DNA of 64,000 nucleotides, taken from NCBI GenBank assembly GCA_013265495.1, contig MU058418.1, positions 2,627,491-2,691,490 on the forward strand, read 5' to 3'. The stretch's first letter is position 1; each line of letters begins with the position of its first letter. The notes under the pieces were generated by a model. That model searched no databases and was not told where the DNA came from. It saw only the letters and a list, made by a program, of their open reading frames with translations. The DNA comes from Vicugna vicugna. Lineage: Eukaryota. The position numbers were made by a program, and so were the translations under genes. Shown piece by piece: positions 1 through 13,400 of this stretch.

Positions 1-229
1 AAAAAAAAAATCCTCCAAGAACAGGGGGAAATCTGTCCCAAGTAAAGCATTGGTGTTCAGTGGACAGACTTCCCCTGGAGAAGAGATTTCGCGATAGCCA
101 ACACCAAACATTTCATTTTCTTCACGCCCATCCACACGTGTGTGTTTTGTTCAGGTCCAAGCATCCTCAGCGTCCTGAAATATTTCCTCTGGCAGGGCAG
201 AGGCCCCTAACCCTGAGGTCTCCAGTGCT

Positions 230-1015
230 ACCGGCCTCCCACCCGCCCCTCCCCGCCCCCGCCGGGCCGGCGTGCGTCCCCTGTGGCCCGCACTCGCCCC
301 ATCACAACACTCCCCTCGCAGGTTGTTTTCAAGACACCCGGCTACCTGCTTGTCTGTGCTCCTGGTCAGCGCCGGAGTCCTCGGGCCCAGTTTCGCCGCC
401 AGAGCCCCAGCGCCTGCCCAGTGCCTTTCATCTAGGAGGCAGTCAACAAACGCCCGCGGGAGGCTGGCGAAGCGGGGCCGACGCACTCTCGGCTTCCCGA
501 CCCGGGTGCGTCCGGCCGGTGTCTCCCCACCCACTTTTCTCCCTCTCCCCTCCCGTCCCGCTCAGATGTACTCCGCCTCCTTTCCCGCACCCTCCCGTCG
601 TCCTTACCTAGAGAAGGTCCGCCGCCGCCTCGGCCGCTGCGGGGCCGTGGCCGTGGCCGCTGCGTCTACTAGACTCCGGCAGGTAGCAGGGCTGTCAGCG
701 GGCGCGCAAGGTAGGGAGAGGCGTGGCCTGACCCCCACGCGCCGGGCGGCCGGCGCTGCCAGCCAATCAGCGGCCGGCGGCATAAGCTGATATGACGGCA
801 AATCGCGCGACTTGGCTGCGCGGGGTTCTCAGCGGTCACGTGGGCGGCGCGCTTTCGGACACGCCCCCTGGGCTCAGTCACGCCCCCTGGGCGCAGTCCA
901 CCGACTGCAGGAAGCCGGGAACCTGATCCAGGTACCCGGGCGGCGGAGGGCGGAGTTCCACCTTCTGTTTTCGTTGGGTTTGCTTTTTCACGGGCGCTGA
1001 CGTGTGTAGTTCCGA
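230..1015. promoter_or_regulatory. CpG island / promoter of an unidentified gene transcribed leftwards
   Basis: Very GC- and CpG-dense against an AT-rich background. NF-Y site AGCCAATCAG (CCAAT 763-767), E-box GTCACGTG (835-842), palindrome TCGCGCGA (803-810), GC boxes and a duplicated CACGCCCCCTGGGC (860-897). Confidence 0.9.
608..700 (-). other. Probable non-coding first exon of an unidentified gene (5' end approximate)
   Basis: Strong minus-strand donor CTAG|GTAAGG with the exon ending at 608. No ATG on the minus strand between about 720 and 608. It lies just downstream of the CCAAT box in the minus orientation. Confidence 0.65.
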
Positions 1016-1110
1016 GTCCTCTCCCAAGCAGGTTTACGTTATTTATGCAAACAATCCTAAAAATGATGCTCTGACATTTCTGTAGTTTGAAGTGAACGTG
1101 GGAGGCATTT

Positions 1111-1307
1111 TTTTAACTTAAAAAAAATTGAAGTATAGTTGGTTTACAACGTTGTACTAGTTTCTGATGTACAGCATAGTGATTCAATTATACATGTACA
1201 TATAGATATATGTGTATATTCTTTTTCATATTCTTTTTCATTACAGGTTACCACAAGCCACTGAATATAGTTCCCTGTGCTACGCCCTAAGACCTTGCTG
1301 TTTATCA
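1111..1307 (-). mobile_element. 5'-truncated L1 3' end with target-site duplication
   Basis: Similar to the 3' end of the L1 at 21190 (ttgaagtatagtt...ctgaatatagttccctg...gctgtttatc). Flanked by ggaggcatttt (1101) and ggaggtatttt (1308). Confidence 0.85.
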
Positions 1308-1611
1308 GGAGGTATTTTCTTACTCAAGAGGAGGCCCAGATATCTGGCAGACAATTTGCTAATACGTATTTCTCAACTTGGAACTTGACCTTTTCTAAGG
1401 AATTGGTTGGCTGAAACAGTTTAGGTAGGCGTTGAAATGACACAAAAGCTTTATAATACAGGTGAAACAAGTGTATGCGGACTCATTGGACATGTCTGTA
1501 GCCTTTGCCTTCGTGTGGGTGTGTGTAGCTTTTATTTTTGTAGTTGTAAGCTTTTCTGAACGTGAACTGCAATGGTCATACTTGTAAATAGACCTTCTTG
1601 GAAGCCTCAAT

Positions 1612-1792
1612 ATAGTGCTTCTCGAAGTCTAACCAACAATGCCCAACCAACTGGGAGTTTCCTGGAAATACAAATTTGGGGGTGCCACCCAAGGCCTGCT
1701 AGATCAGAAACACGGGGAGGCCCCAAGAAGCTGGGTTTAACAAACTCTGCAATGAGCTAATGTTTGATAAAGTTTGAGAACCAGTGCTCTAG
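1612..1792. mobile_element. MER5A-like hAT-Charlie non-autonomous DNA transposon
   Basis: Termini tagtgcttctc...tttgagaaccagtg and a typical MER5 interior, recognised from memory. Confidence 0.7.
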
Positions 1793-2544
1793 TGAATTTG
1801 ACCATTAGAAGGAAATCCAACTAGTCCTTCATTTTTGCTCCCTCAAGAGTGATAAACAGAAGGAAATACTGGAAAGTGAGAGAAGACTAACCTTAAGAAA
1901 GAACGTTTCTGTTTTCTTACAGGACCATCAGAAGTGCTGCAGCGTAGGGGAGTGTTAGACTCCAATCATGAAAACCTTTTATATGATTGTTTTGAATATC
2001 TGTGGCTTGCCAACTACTTTCTTTCTTTTAAAAAATTAACATATAGTATTAGTTTCAGATATAAAACATAATGGCTTGATACTTGTATACATTGTGAAAT
2101 GGCTTCCTGCTTTCTAGATCACATTTTTTCACCTTTGTTTCCTTTGCTATTGTTCTCATTTCATCCTTTGATCCTTTTTTTTTAGATTAAGATTTTTACC
2201 TTAATTTCTGGGAAAAAATTAAAATGTGGTTTTCCAAATGTGTGATTGCTGTAGGATAAAGCTTGCTGGTGTGATTTGTTTAGTCCACAGATATATTTAT
2301 TCCCTTTGAAGTAATTAATTTCATATTAAAAATAACAGACTTCTCTTGAAGGATTGGGAAATCTGACGTAGAAATGGTAAAGTAAACTTTAAATATAATA
2401 TCGTGAATAGCTAGACTTTTGTCATCGAGTGTGTATTAGCAGTGTTTTATTCTCGGGACTTAAAGGTTCCCAAGGTTTGAAATTGTGCAGTCTGCTCTTG
2501 GCAACCCCAAGTAGTAATAAATTAACCCAAGAGAACAGTCTTTT

Positions 2545-2553
<9 letters not shown>

Positions 2554-2610
<57 letters not shown>
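2554..2610. repeat. (ATT)19 microsatellite
   Basis: Perfect trinucleotide run read directly. It explains the poly-Leu in ORF 2429..2677. Confidence 0.97.
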
Positions 2611-2611
<1 letters not shown>

Positions 2612-2879
2612 CATGATTTATTTAAAAAGTATATATCAGCACAGCATTCTACAATTTTTTTAATTTTAAAAATTTAAAAAAAATTTTTAAAGCAACACTA
2701 TTCTCTGTTCATTTGATAAATACAAGTTCACATTCCAGATAGGACAGAATATAGGAAGAAGAGTAGGATGGGAGAGATTTTGCAATTAATTAAGTTATGA
2801 GAATCAGCTCCTTTCTGCTGGCTTTGCACAAAATCCATTAGACTAACAGAATCCCAAATACCTCCAGAAAGCAATGAAA

Positions 2880-3110
2880 GCTAATTACTTACCGAGTACT
2901 TCTGTGTGCTTGGCACTATGCTAAGTGCTCTACCTTGCAATTCATATACTCCTCTTAACAATTCTGCAAGGGTGATTCTGCTAGCATCCCTATTTAAAGT
3001 TGAGAAAACCCGACTCAGAGGGTAACCCATCCCCAGTCACATAGCTTGAAAGGCAATGCTGAAATCTGAACTGAGTCTGTCTACATGGCCCATGTTCTTA
3101 ACCATGAAAC
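2880..3110 (+). mobile_element. MIR SINE relic
   Basis: tacttctgtgtgcttggcactatgctaagtgct...gagaaaacccgactcagag...agtcacatagct pattern. Confidence 0.7.
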
Positions 3111-5397
3111 AATGTTGACTGCCCATTAAAAAAATAAAAAGAGGAAAAATGGTAACTCAGAGTTTCTAAAACGCTTTTTCTTTGGAAAATAAGGTACTAC
3201 TGGAGAGTGAATAAGGGTCAGTGAATATAATTATTGTTATTAACATCCTCACTTTACACTGGGAAGCAGAACATTTTCCAGCTTAAAGAATTACTTTCTA
3301 CAGGCATAATCTCAGCAAAACAGCCCTATAGGTAAGCAAGGATTTGATAAAAAAATGACTTTTCTGCTGCCAAGAAATGGAGGGGGAAGTTAAAGGGGAT
3401 AATCTGACCACACAGAGGAAGGCTGACAGCATTCAGACACAAACTGGAATGATCAGGATGGAGGGAATCACTGCACTAGAGCAAAGCCTGTAGTCCCAAG
3501 AGGTGACAGCAGAACCCTAAACAGCTCCTCTAGAAGCTGCCAACCAATATCCTGCCTGTGAAAAGTGACATATCTTTGCCTTTAGAAGGATGGATAATGA
3601 CCAAGATCAATCCTGCCCCAGCCTCTCCTCTCTCTCATTGCATGTGTGACAATTTCTCATATGCAGCTGAGACATGAAGTTCTCAGTGCAACAGTAACAT
3701 TCCTTGTGTGATTTCAAAGTTGAGTGGAGGAGAAGAAACAAAGAATTTAGACATAATTGGTCCAAGAAAATGATCTTTGCCCGACGTCCTAAGACCCTGC
3801 AGGAGTTGTTTCACTCTGTCTTGGATAGTACCTCTCTTCCACCAGGGGAATAATGATGGTAACAACCCCAAGGATATCAAGAAGACTTAGAAAAGGCTAC
3901 ATATACATAAACCCATTTGCTGGTTCAATGGTTGAAAAATTAATGAGCTAAAGTTAAAAAAAAACCCAAAACAAAACTTTCTTTTCTGAAAGGAGTTGAG
4001 TAAAGGCAGGTTCCATGTGAAAATATACAAGACTAAAATAATTTTTGTGAACTGGACACGATAGTTAATTGACTATTATATCATCTCTGCTGCCCTGGCA
4101 CTTCCTTGGCTTTGTTTAACCTTTTGCCTTTTTAAGCAAAGTAATCCTGAATTATGGTAATTAATTTGCCAAAAGAAATATTTAATCAAAAATCCACAAC
4201 ATTTCCTAATTGGTACAAACATGTCCAGAACTCAAAATCAACATTTGTTGTGTCAATTCATATAGTTAGAAATTTATTAGGTTTCTTGTAGATTAATTTT
4301 CTACCATGATTTTCTGTGAGTTTACATATGTTGAGTGTGATCAATAAATCAAAGTATTAAAGGGACAGGGTAAAGTTAGCCTAAAATTCACCTAAAAACT
4401 ATATTGGTGAAGTATATAGGAATAGACTTTGCATGTTTTTTCCAAACATACTTTTTAAATAGGCTATCAATCAGAAGTTATGAGCAACAGGGGAAAAAAA
4501 CCATATTATTAGGCTAAATCATAACAAATATATGCTTTCTTTAGAAATTCAATTTTCATTTACAAAATGCTACCCTATCTAAAGAGCAAAAAGTATTTCA
4601 AACACAACCACACTCCCTCAACCCCCTTTAGATTCCAGTGACCAAAAATTCTTCACTTCAATCAGAATTATATAGGTTGATCTAAATCATGTAGCCAGGG
4701 TAGGTAGAACAGGACTGAGGACATAGCTCTTTCCCCTCCTCCAGCCTGAGAGCACAGCCAGCCAAATGCCGTGCATAAAACATGGTTTTCTCTTCCAGTG
4801 TGCTTTTTCTGTTTGTTGCATTTCAGAATGTTCCATTACCACAACTATTTTGCAAGAGTAATTTCCATTATTACTGCATAATGCACCCAATATTATTGTC
4901 ATTATGAGGCACTAAACATCTCTGAATAAGACATGCCACTTTTAAGATTCTAGTATCAGCTTTCTCAACAATTATGGCACAAAAAATCATGCAAATTATT
5001 ACATTGGAATAATCAAGTGTTAATTCTAATACAGTTAGGTTAAATGAGGTTTCTTGAGAAAAACAAGTAAGTGTTAACTCTGTAAACTCTGCAATAACTG
5101 AAGACATACTCTTGGGTAGAAGGGTCTCAAAGAAAGTAGATGAAGTAACCCATTTGGTATAACTTTAGAAGCATTAAAGTAGTCCTCCCATCAAAGGTTA
5201 TCTCCTTTTCCTTATGCCTGAATTATACAATAAACCACCTTTTATGGAACATTTTGAGGAAATAAGAATTTTAATTTTAACTGGATTAAAATGTGGGGCC
5301 ATGTGTCAGCTTCCTCATCATGGGCACAAGTTTATCCTGTGTACATCCACCCAGGACTTCAGAGATGAGAGGAAAGGGAGTAAGGTTCGCTGGCACG

Positions 5398-5858
5398 GGT
5401 ATTAGCCTGCCAGGGCTGCTGTAACAAAGTGCCACAGATTGTGTGGCTTCAACAACAGAAATTTATTGTCTCACATTTCTCGAGGCTAGAGGTCCAAAAC
5501 CAAGATGTCCAACAGTGATGGTTCCTCCTGAGAGCTGCAAAGGAGAATCTGTTTCATGCCTCTCTCCTAGCTCCTGGTGGTTTGCTGGCAATCTCTGGCA
5601 TTCCTTGGCTTCTGCATTGCTCTGATCTATGTCTTCATCTTTACATGGCATTTTCCTGTGTATGTGTCCAAATTTCCCCTTTATAAGGACACCAGCCATA
5701 TTGGATTAGGGGCCCATCCTACATCATTATGACTTCATTTAAACTAATTACGTCTGCCTTGACCCTGGCTCTATTTCCAAGTAAGATCACATTCTGAGGT
5801 ACTGGGGGTTAGGACTTCAGCATATGCATTTTGAGGGGACACAGTTCAACCCACAACA
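5398..5858 (-). mobile_element. MaLR solo LTR (MLT1B/C-like)
   Basis: gggctgctgtaacaaagtgccacaga...aaatttattgtctcaca...ggggacacagttcaacccacaaca is the reverse complement of the MLT1 LTR layout. Confidence 0.85.
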
Positions 5859-6707
5859 GCCACCTGAAGTAACTATTTCTATAAGGTCAATATTCAACCA
5901 TAATTTAAAACAATTTTATTAATACAACTTCTTCCTGACTTTTAGTTTAATTTTGAAAGGTTGTTTTCTAATGATTAAAGCGAAGTAAATCCAGGCTTTT
6001 ATATATAATCTGCTTAAATTCAAAATTGAGCACATTAGGAAGAGGATCTTGTTTTTGTAGAAAAATAAAAGAAATCAATCTATCTTAAATGAACAAGAGA
6101 ATTAAAAGTCTCTTTTAGAGCCTTAGACATTAAACACACTAAATCAGGCCCAATTGTCATTGTTGGCTGGCAGAAATGTAACATTACAGGATTTCTGCTA
6201 CCAGTAGGGAAAGAGAGATTAGACTTGCCCTGTGTATTATGAGAAATATGAAGGGTCACTCTAAGCTAATGTAGGATCAATTCTGAACTAATGATAAAAG
6301 AAAATAATTTTTATATAGTAATCCACTCAGGAGCAACACCCTGTAAATGAATTTTAAAGAATTAAGGAAAATATTTACAAAGAAAGACTTTTTTTTTTTG
6401 GCCAGATCTCTAGACTATTCCAAAGAGCTAACCTAAGGATGCTGGGCAAGAACCTTCTAGGCTGGATGAAGTAATAATAGCACGTAGACCCAGAAACCTA
6501 GGTCAGGGATTGGAAATGGGTGAGCTGGTGACAAGTCAAGAAGTCAACTGGGCTTCTGGTGACATGCAACAGCAGGGAACAACGCAGTGCAAATTTAGAC
6601 AGGATTGAGATGGCAGCAAGGGACCTGGCCCAGGGTGGAGTCAGGCAGGACCAAGGACAGCACCAGACAACTGCTTTAATTTCCATCATCACACGAAGTT
6701 CCACTGG

Positions 6708-6872
6708 GCAGTGCTGTTCAGAGTATCACAGCAGCAGAATCAGCTGGAAGGCTGTGAACACACAGGTTCTGATTCAGTGGATCTGGAGTAAGGCCTGAGT
6801 TTTGCATTTTCACCAAGAGCCAGCTTATGGTGATGCTACTGGTCCAAAAGTTGACAATCTGAGAACCAATGG
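6708..6872. mobile_element. MER5A-like DNA transposon
   Basis: cagtgctgttcagag...gattcagtggatctggagtaaggcctgagttttgcatttt...tgagaaccaatg. Confidence 0.65.
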
Positions 6873-7987
6873 ACCACACTTTGAGAATCAATGGCTGATG
6901 ACACTGGGTGAGATTTTTATGGTGTGTATGCAAAGGACTCAGCACCAGCACAGGCAGGCCGCGTTTTCCCCCTTCTCATAAGCAGGTGCAGAAAGTATCC
7001 ACACCTGGTAATCTTTGGCCTGGAAAGGTATACGGTAGTTTTCCAACACCAGCTGTTTTCTTAGTTAGCATATAGTTAGGCCAAGGCTTCCCAAACACAT
7101 CACTAAAGGCTTGTATTTTTTGGAACTGTGTGCAAAAAAATATGTTTGTGCCCATGAGCACTTTTCTAAGAAAACTGTATTCCCTGGGACCTTGGCTCTA
7201 GAGCCAATGGCCTCATCACATGGTTCTAGGGCAGGTTGTTTAGCCTCTCAGTGACTTAGAGGAAAACACAGGACTCCTACCACAGGGCTCTCTTAAGGTT
7301 AAAGGAGAAATGCCCATAAGGCACCATGCACAGCACCTAACACAGAGTATGTGCTCCACTGGTGTTGGCTGTTATTATTTTTACTAATTCCCAATGAGAT
7401 CCATAACCCCTTTGCCTCCTGCTCCCCAATTAAGATTATCTTATTTAAGCTAAATATAAAAATGTACCTTCTCTGCACCACAGCAGCTATGTTTAGGGAG
7501 ATGACTTGGGGGAAGAATTAAAATTTGACCAGCAAATATACAGAGGTATTTCAAACATGATAGTCAAGGACCATCTCTATACAGCACATCGGCAAGTGAA
7601 ACTGTAAAGTTTTTTCAACTGCATTTCCATCTGACAAGAGGCAAAAGAGGTATTGTCCCTGTATCCTAGATGGACTATAAGCTCTAGGAAGTCATTAACT
7701 TATTTATTTTTGAATCCCTAGCTTCTACCCTACTGCCAGGCACTATTAAATATAATGGATGGATGGATGGATGGAAGGAAAGACGATTAAATGGATCTCC
7801 TGGGGCCCAAGTTATTGAAGATTAAAGCCAGTAGGGATATGTGAATATCTGGCCCAACTTCCTCATTTTATAGACAAGGAAAACTAAATTCTAAAGAGGC
7901 TAAAGGATTTGCCCAAGATCACAAATTAATGAAACAGTGACAAATATTCTACCTCTCAAACATCACTCCTCTGCTCTGAGTCTTAGA

Positions 7988-8011
7988 TACACACACACAC
8001 ACACACACACA
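7988..8011. repeat. (AC)n microsatellite
   Basis: Direct read. Confidence 0.9.
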
Positions 8012-8344
8012 TTCATCAAACACTAAATACAGCTTTGAGGTGAGACTACAACTCTAAGCTTCATTTTCCTTGAGATTTAAAGGCAAGTGAAGTGTTTTGT
8101 TTAAGGACTGCTACAATATTTGAGAAAGAAGCATAATTCCTTTCTTCTCTCAATATCCTTCTCTGCCAAGAATCTCTTTGCACTAGAAGCTCCCAGAAAA
8201 GCATAATCTGGCATTTTCTAAATTTACTTCTAATCAGTATCAGTTCATCACTAAGAACATTAATACAAATTCAGATTCTGTAAAATGTTTGGTTCTTAGT
8301 AAAGAAAAATAGCAACATATACTATTGTTTAGTTTAAAGGCAAA

Positions 8345-8790
8345 TGTAACACGGCAGAGGTATCACTTGCCCATATATCCATTCTTTATTCTTCCTCAAT
8401 AACAAAACCCTGATTTCTAGCTGATCACATTGCTGCCCAGATAAAAGACTGTATTTCCTTGTCTCTTTTATGGTTATATGTCATGTGACTAAAATATGAC
8501 CAATAAGATGTAAGTGAAAGTGTCATGTGGGATTTCCAGGTTTCCTTAAAGTAAAGAGCTATACTTAGTGCTTTCTCCATCCTTTTGCCTAGAGTGAGAA
8601 TGTGATGGCTGGAGCTACCACAGCAATATTGGACCATAAGGAGAAAGACTACACCCTAGGGATGAAAGAGAAGAGAGCTGAATGAAGCTTGGGCCCCTGA
8701 TGACTATGAAGTCTCTATACAAGACTTGTACTACCTACCTCTGGACTTCTCTTATGTAAGTAGAAATTTTTTCTATTGTTTAAGCCACTA
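8345..8790 (+). mobile_element. MaLR LTR (MLT1J-like)
   Basis: catgtgactaaaatatgaccaataagatgtaagtg...cctacctctggacttct...ttgtttaagccact motifs. Confidence 0.7.
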
Positions 8791-9556
8791 AAATTTTTTT
8801 CATATGTAATTCTACCTGCTTTTAAATACATTCAACATATTCTAGTATTCTTAGCTACTTATAAAGAGTGGTGTCCCTAATGAAAAATCTATTTAGGCTT
8901 GAAGCCTTCTGTGAAGTAGTTAGTGGCAGTGCAATAAGCCAGCAATCCATGCCTACTGGAAGCTGAAGTCCCCACTTAAAAGTACGCTGTTCTTATTCAG
9001 CACTTCCTGAATTGGTCAGCAATTTTCTAATTCTGGGATTACTACTCTTCCTCTAGATTCCCTACATATTTCTTTCTTGCCTCCTCCTTTGCTTCAAAAC
9101 CAAGGCAATTCTTCTTCTTCCAGAATTCTCATAACCACTACACTGCACTCTCCCTTCCTCTCTTAACCCAGAAATACATAGTGCATTAACAAAATGGGTC
9201 TGCAATCTTATTCTTTGTTAGTTCCTTTAGCTCAAAAATCTAGGTTTGGGCATCATGTTAATGAAGTTAGCTTTCTTCATCTATTCTATACATTTCAAAT
9301 TCTAGTATACATTTAAGAAGCCAGATACTGACATTATTTTGACCATTCAATGAATTCTACACATCTGTATATTTTTGTTGAAAGCACAGATGCTTTTTCT
9401 TGATGAAGCAAAGCAAAATTCAGTCAGGCCTCAAGTGGAACAAGAAAATAAAGATGTATTTAGTCTCACAATACTCTCAAAATAACATTCACTTTAGGAA
9501 ATTTTAAGTTGAATGTGTCAAGTCTTTCACCTGCAAAACAAATGTAACTTATAATT

Positions 9557-9652
9557 GGGGCAAATCCAGGTTTTGTGGAGCTTGAAGCTTATTTAATTTG
9601 AGGGCCCTCTTTAAGAAAAAGAATACAAAATTACAAATACAGAATTAGGTAA
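9557..9652. mobile_element. MER53-like hAT fragment
   Basis: ggggcaaatccaggttttgtggagcttgaagctt...gggccctctttaagaaaaagaatacaaaattacaaatac, recognised from memory. Confidence 0.55.
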
Positions 9653-10134
9653 AATCACTTCTGCTTATAATCAAGACATATACACAAGTCCCAACCCAAG
9701 AGAAAAGAGAAGATCAAGTGATAGAAAACTATAAACAGATGTATGGCTAAAAGTCAGAAAATAAGGGAAATAATTAAGAGGTTTTTTTAAACTTTCAAGA
9801 AAAAAAAAAGCAGTATCAGTTTTGAACCTCCTGTTAAATTTATGTAGCAATTGCAATGAGGAGAAAAAAACTTTATACACAGAAAGATCAATACCAACTC
9901 CCACATATAGAAATTACCCATAAAATACTCAAAGAAATCTGCTATATATTCAGATACTGATTGTATCTAAACACCTCATTTTAGGGAAAATGTTAAGACA
10001 ATGACTTGTAGAAATAACTGTTTACTGGTTCTCACTGGATACTATTTAAAAGCCCCTAATACTTGCTTTAGATGTGCCATCCCTCAGTACACATATATTA
10101 TTTTATCTTACGTCTACTAGTAATAAAAAAGACC

Positions 10135-10440
10135 CTAACAGCCAACTATATAAGCATTTGCTATGTGCCTAGCAAGCAGCATGCTAAGCACTTTTTATGC
10201 AATGCCTCCAGTTCATCCCCCAACAAACAAATGAAATGAGCGTTTCATTATCCTCATGAGACAAATGGGGAAACTGAGGACTCGGTAGGTCATACAACTT
10301 GTAAAAAGTGAAGCCAAACCCAAATCCAGGCAGTTTCCATAGAAACCTGAGATTCAGAGAAGTTAGCCAAACAACCCAGGTCATACTGCTATTAAGTGGC
10401 AGAATCAGGAATCTAATTGAGTCTGACATCAAAACAGGGG
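10135..10440 (+). mobile_element. Two adjacent MIR fragments
   Basis: Two successive cores (gaaactgaggactc...ggtcatacaact and aaacctgagattcagagaagtt...ggtcatactgct). Confidence 0.65.
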
Positions 10441-13400
10441 CTCTTGTACCCTCATAATATTAAGGAAACCGAGCACAAAATAAAACATTGTTGAGGGTTT
10501 CTGAATTGACAGTTCCCTTTGCAAAAATGACAGGAGGAAAGCAAATATGGAGTGTTTATTAATCTAATAAGTCTTTGCTGAGCTTCTAGCATGTACATGA
10601 CCCACTTGCTGCCATTCTTGGGGGTAAAAGGAAGCAATTAGTTCTGCCTTCAGACAAGGCACATGCATTTTAGCAGTTGTAGCTTATTTTGTCATTGGAA
10701 CTAGTGCCCTCTCCCCTTTGTTCCATGTGCTTTTTCTGGAGTAATAACATTGTCATTACATTGATTTCAAAAAAACTTTTACATGACCAAAAGGCATAAT
10801 TTGGGGCTGGGACATTTTCTTTGCTACGTCATGCTTTAAAAAGTTTTGTACAAATTAACAAAAACGCATAAGAAGAAGAAAACTACCATTTGCATCTGTG
10901 GAGGCTGACACAATTGCCATAAGGCTCCTGTTCCTGCTAAAGAGGGGTTTCCTTCCACTAATTCTTCCCCTCCACACCAAAAATGGATTACACATTCCCT
11001 TTGATTCCTGATTTCAGGTTCAGGTCTAACCGGAAGGGGCCAAGTCGACAGCCAACACCATGTCATGTGTTAAATTGTCAAAAAGAAAAAAATTATTTCA
11101 GACCTAACATACCAAGAAAAATACATATGACATTCCACCCCCCTCAAGCCTCTCCATTCCCTAGAAGGGGACAACAATTTGGGATGCTGCTTCATTTGTT
11201 TCTATATATAAAAATAAGACATGAAAATTGGGAAAGTACAAAAAGATACAGAGAAGAAGAAAAAAGTTGTCCAAAATCCCTACCCCAAGAGGAAATGACT
11301 ATTAATATTTTGGTTATATTTCTTGTAGTTAAAATACTACCTTAAAAAATTGAGGTCAAATAGTGCATATAATTATGAAATCTGTTTCTAATGGGAAGTT
11401 CTTTGTTGTTTCTTTCTCTGAAAGGCCACCCACTTGATATTCATGTACAGTGCCCTTTTTTTCAGGCAAATTCATTTTAACATCTTGACTGGAGCAATCT
11501 AAAGACATATACAAACTGCCCAAGCTTCTCTTAGGTATAATTCAGTAGGTTGTCCTGGGACTTTCTGACCCACAGTAGTGAATGCACCCACTTAATCTAC
11601 CCTCCACAGAGCTAGATGACAAGATGAGAGCTGATCTTCCTAAAAAATAAGAATTGTCATTGTATTTTCACCATAATATGAATTTAATGAGAAATTTGTA
11701 TTTTTTCATGTTTCACAACATCTACTGATTTATACCTGGCAATCTCTAAATTGCACAAGCAGGAAGGACTGTAAATTCAAAAGAAAGGAAAGGGCACAGC
11801 ACATATGGAGGAGTGGAGGAGTCATTTAAACATTTATCAAGATTAAAGTGTATAAGAGACTCATTTGTTTCACAAGGAAGAGGCAAAAGAAGAGGATGTG
11901 AAGAAGAAGGAGGGGGAAGAGGAGACTCAGCTTAATCCTCCAACTGCCAGGTGCCTTGCAGAGGATTTCTGATAGAGATTTCTCCTCTCCGATTGCCCTA
12001 AAACCTTCCTTTTTTCTCAGTCCCACATCAGGAACAGCAGAATGGCTGCCCAACAGTTAAACTGGAAAGACACCTTTACTACTTTGTTTGCCATAGATTG
12101 ACATGTGGGGCATTTGGCAGACAGTTATCTTTGAAAACCACTCAAGTCTATACACTTTAAACTAAATCAAAGAGATCACTACATACAATGGATTTTTTTC
12201 TTAAGCCTGTGAGTTGGCCCAGAACATAGAGAATGGAGGTAATCATGAAAATTTTATCAATTGTCAACCTAGGACTTCATCATCTTGCTTGATTTCAGTG
12301 GTGGCTGTTTTTATAATTTTTGAATTGATGTTCCCAGGATTCTCTATCATCTTATTCATCATCCTTTTAAAAAAGAATTGCTGATGCCTTGGAAGGTTTC
12401 AGCCATGAGGCAATGAAGTTTTATTGGTGCTTGAGTTTTCCAGATGGCATTTTTTCAATAGAAACAGGGAAAGATGCCATTTCCTTAACATGCATACACC
12501 ACTCATGGAGCTTGGCGGCCAGTCCGTTGTTAACCTGTCACCAGGAACACCTTCCCTAAAATGAATGCTCTATTTTTCAGGGAGTGGGTGGTTTCAGGCA
12601 GACATTTTCAGGCACCAAGGATAGCCCTGATTCATGTTAACTAGAATGACAGCTTACTGGATACTTCCCTGAATAACGTAGTAATAACATGTGAACTTCC
12701 TAGAAAGCCAAATCTCTTACAAGATATTATACTTAGCAAGTTTAAGTTCTTTTCAGTTACTAGTGATCCTCATACCAGTGCTTTCCATAAGCATCTAAAC
12801 GGAGACAAGTGTGTTCTAATTGTCTTGTTTCTCATTAGGGGAGGAAAAGTAGTACCATCTTATTTTTTTCTGAAATGAGTTGCCAAATTTGGTTGAGTTC
12901 CTTAGCAACTGGATGTTTAACTAATAAATTTATGCTTAACACAGCTTCTTAATGTCTTTAGTTAAGAGAATACATCTTTAATTTGTTGTTTCAAAGAACT
13001 GAGAGTGGCGAACTATATTAGTTGTGAGCTTCTTTATCTCTGTGCTGGAAATTGTCAATCAGACACAAATTTGAACTTGCAAAAAACAGTTTATAGGAAA
13101 GGATCAACAGAGTCCACAGTCTATGTAAAAAACCTATATAGTCTATACATTTTTTAAAGTAAATTCTCAGTTATCTAGGAGATAATTCAAAACCCACATT
13201 CAAAAGCAGTTATAAATATCACAGCTAAATATCAAATAATTTATTTTGAGTTATCTACAATTTGGACTAACTAGATCCCTAGATGAAAATAATAATTTTT
13301 TAAAAACAAATTGTTACTAGTGCAAAACCAGCTTTCATTATTTGTGGACAATATGACATTTCTATTTTTTTCACAGACAAAAACTCAGTTCAGATTTGTT

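Noticed and set aside
60..1000. Overlapping 60-180 aa ORFs in the CpG island
   Set aside because: Pro/Arg/Ala/Gly-rich, stop-poor frames are expected in GC-rich DNA. Most have non-ATG starts and none resembles a protein I recognise.
2429..2677. Poly-Leu 'signal peptide' ORF
   Set aside because: Artefact of the (ATT)19 microsatellite.
12421..12534. Candidate replacement last exon on the minus strand (cag|VNNGLAAKLHEWCMHVKEMASFPVSIEKMPSGKLKHQ*, stop overlapping AATAAA), in phase with METTL24 exon 4
   Set aside because: The polypyrimidine tract is poor and there is no similarity to METTL24 exon 5. Such short frames arise by chance. Only RNA-seq junctions could rescue it.
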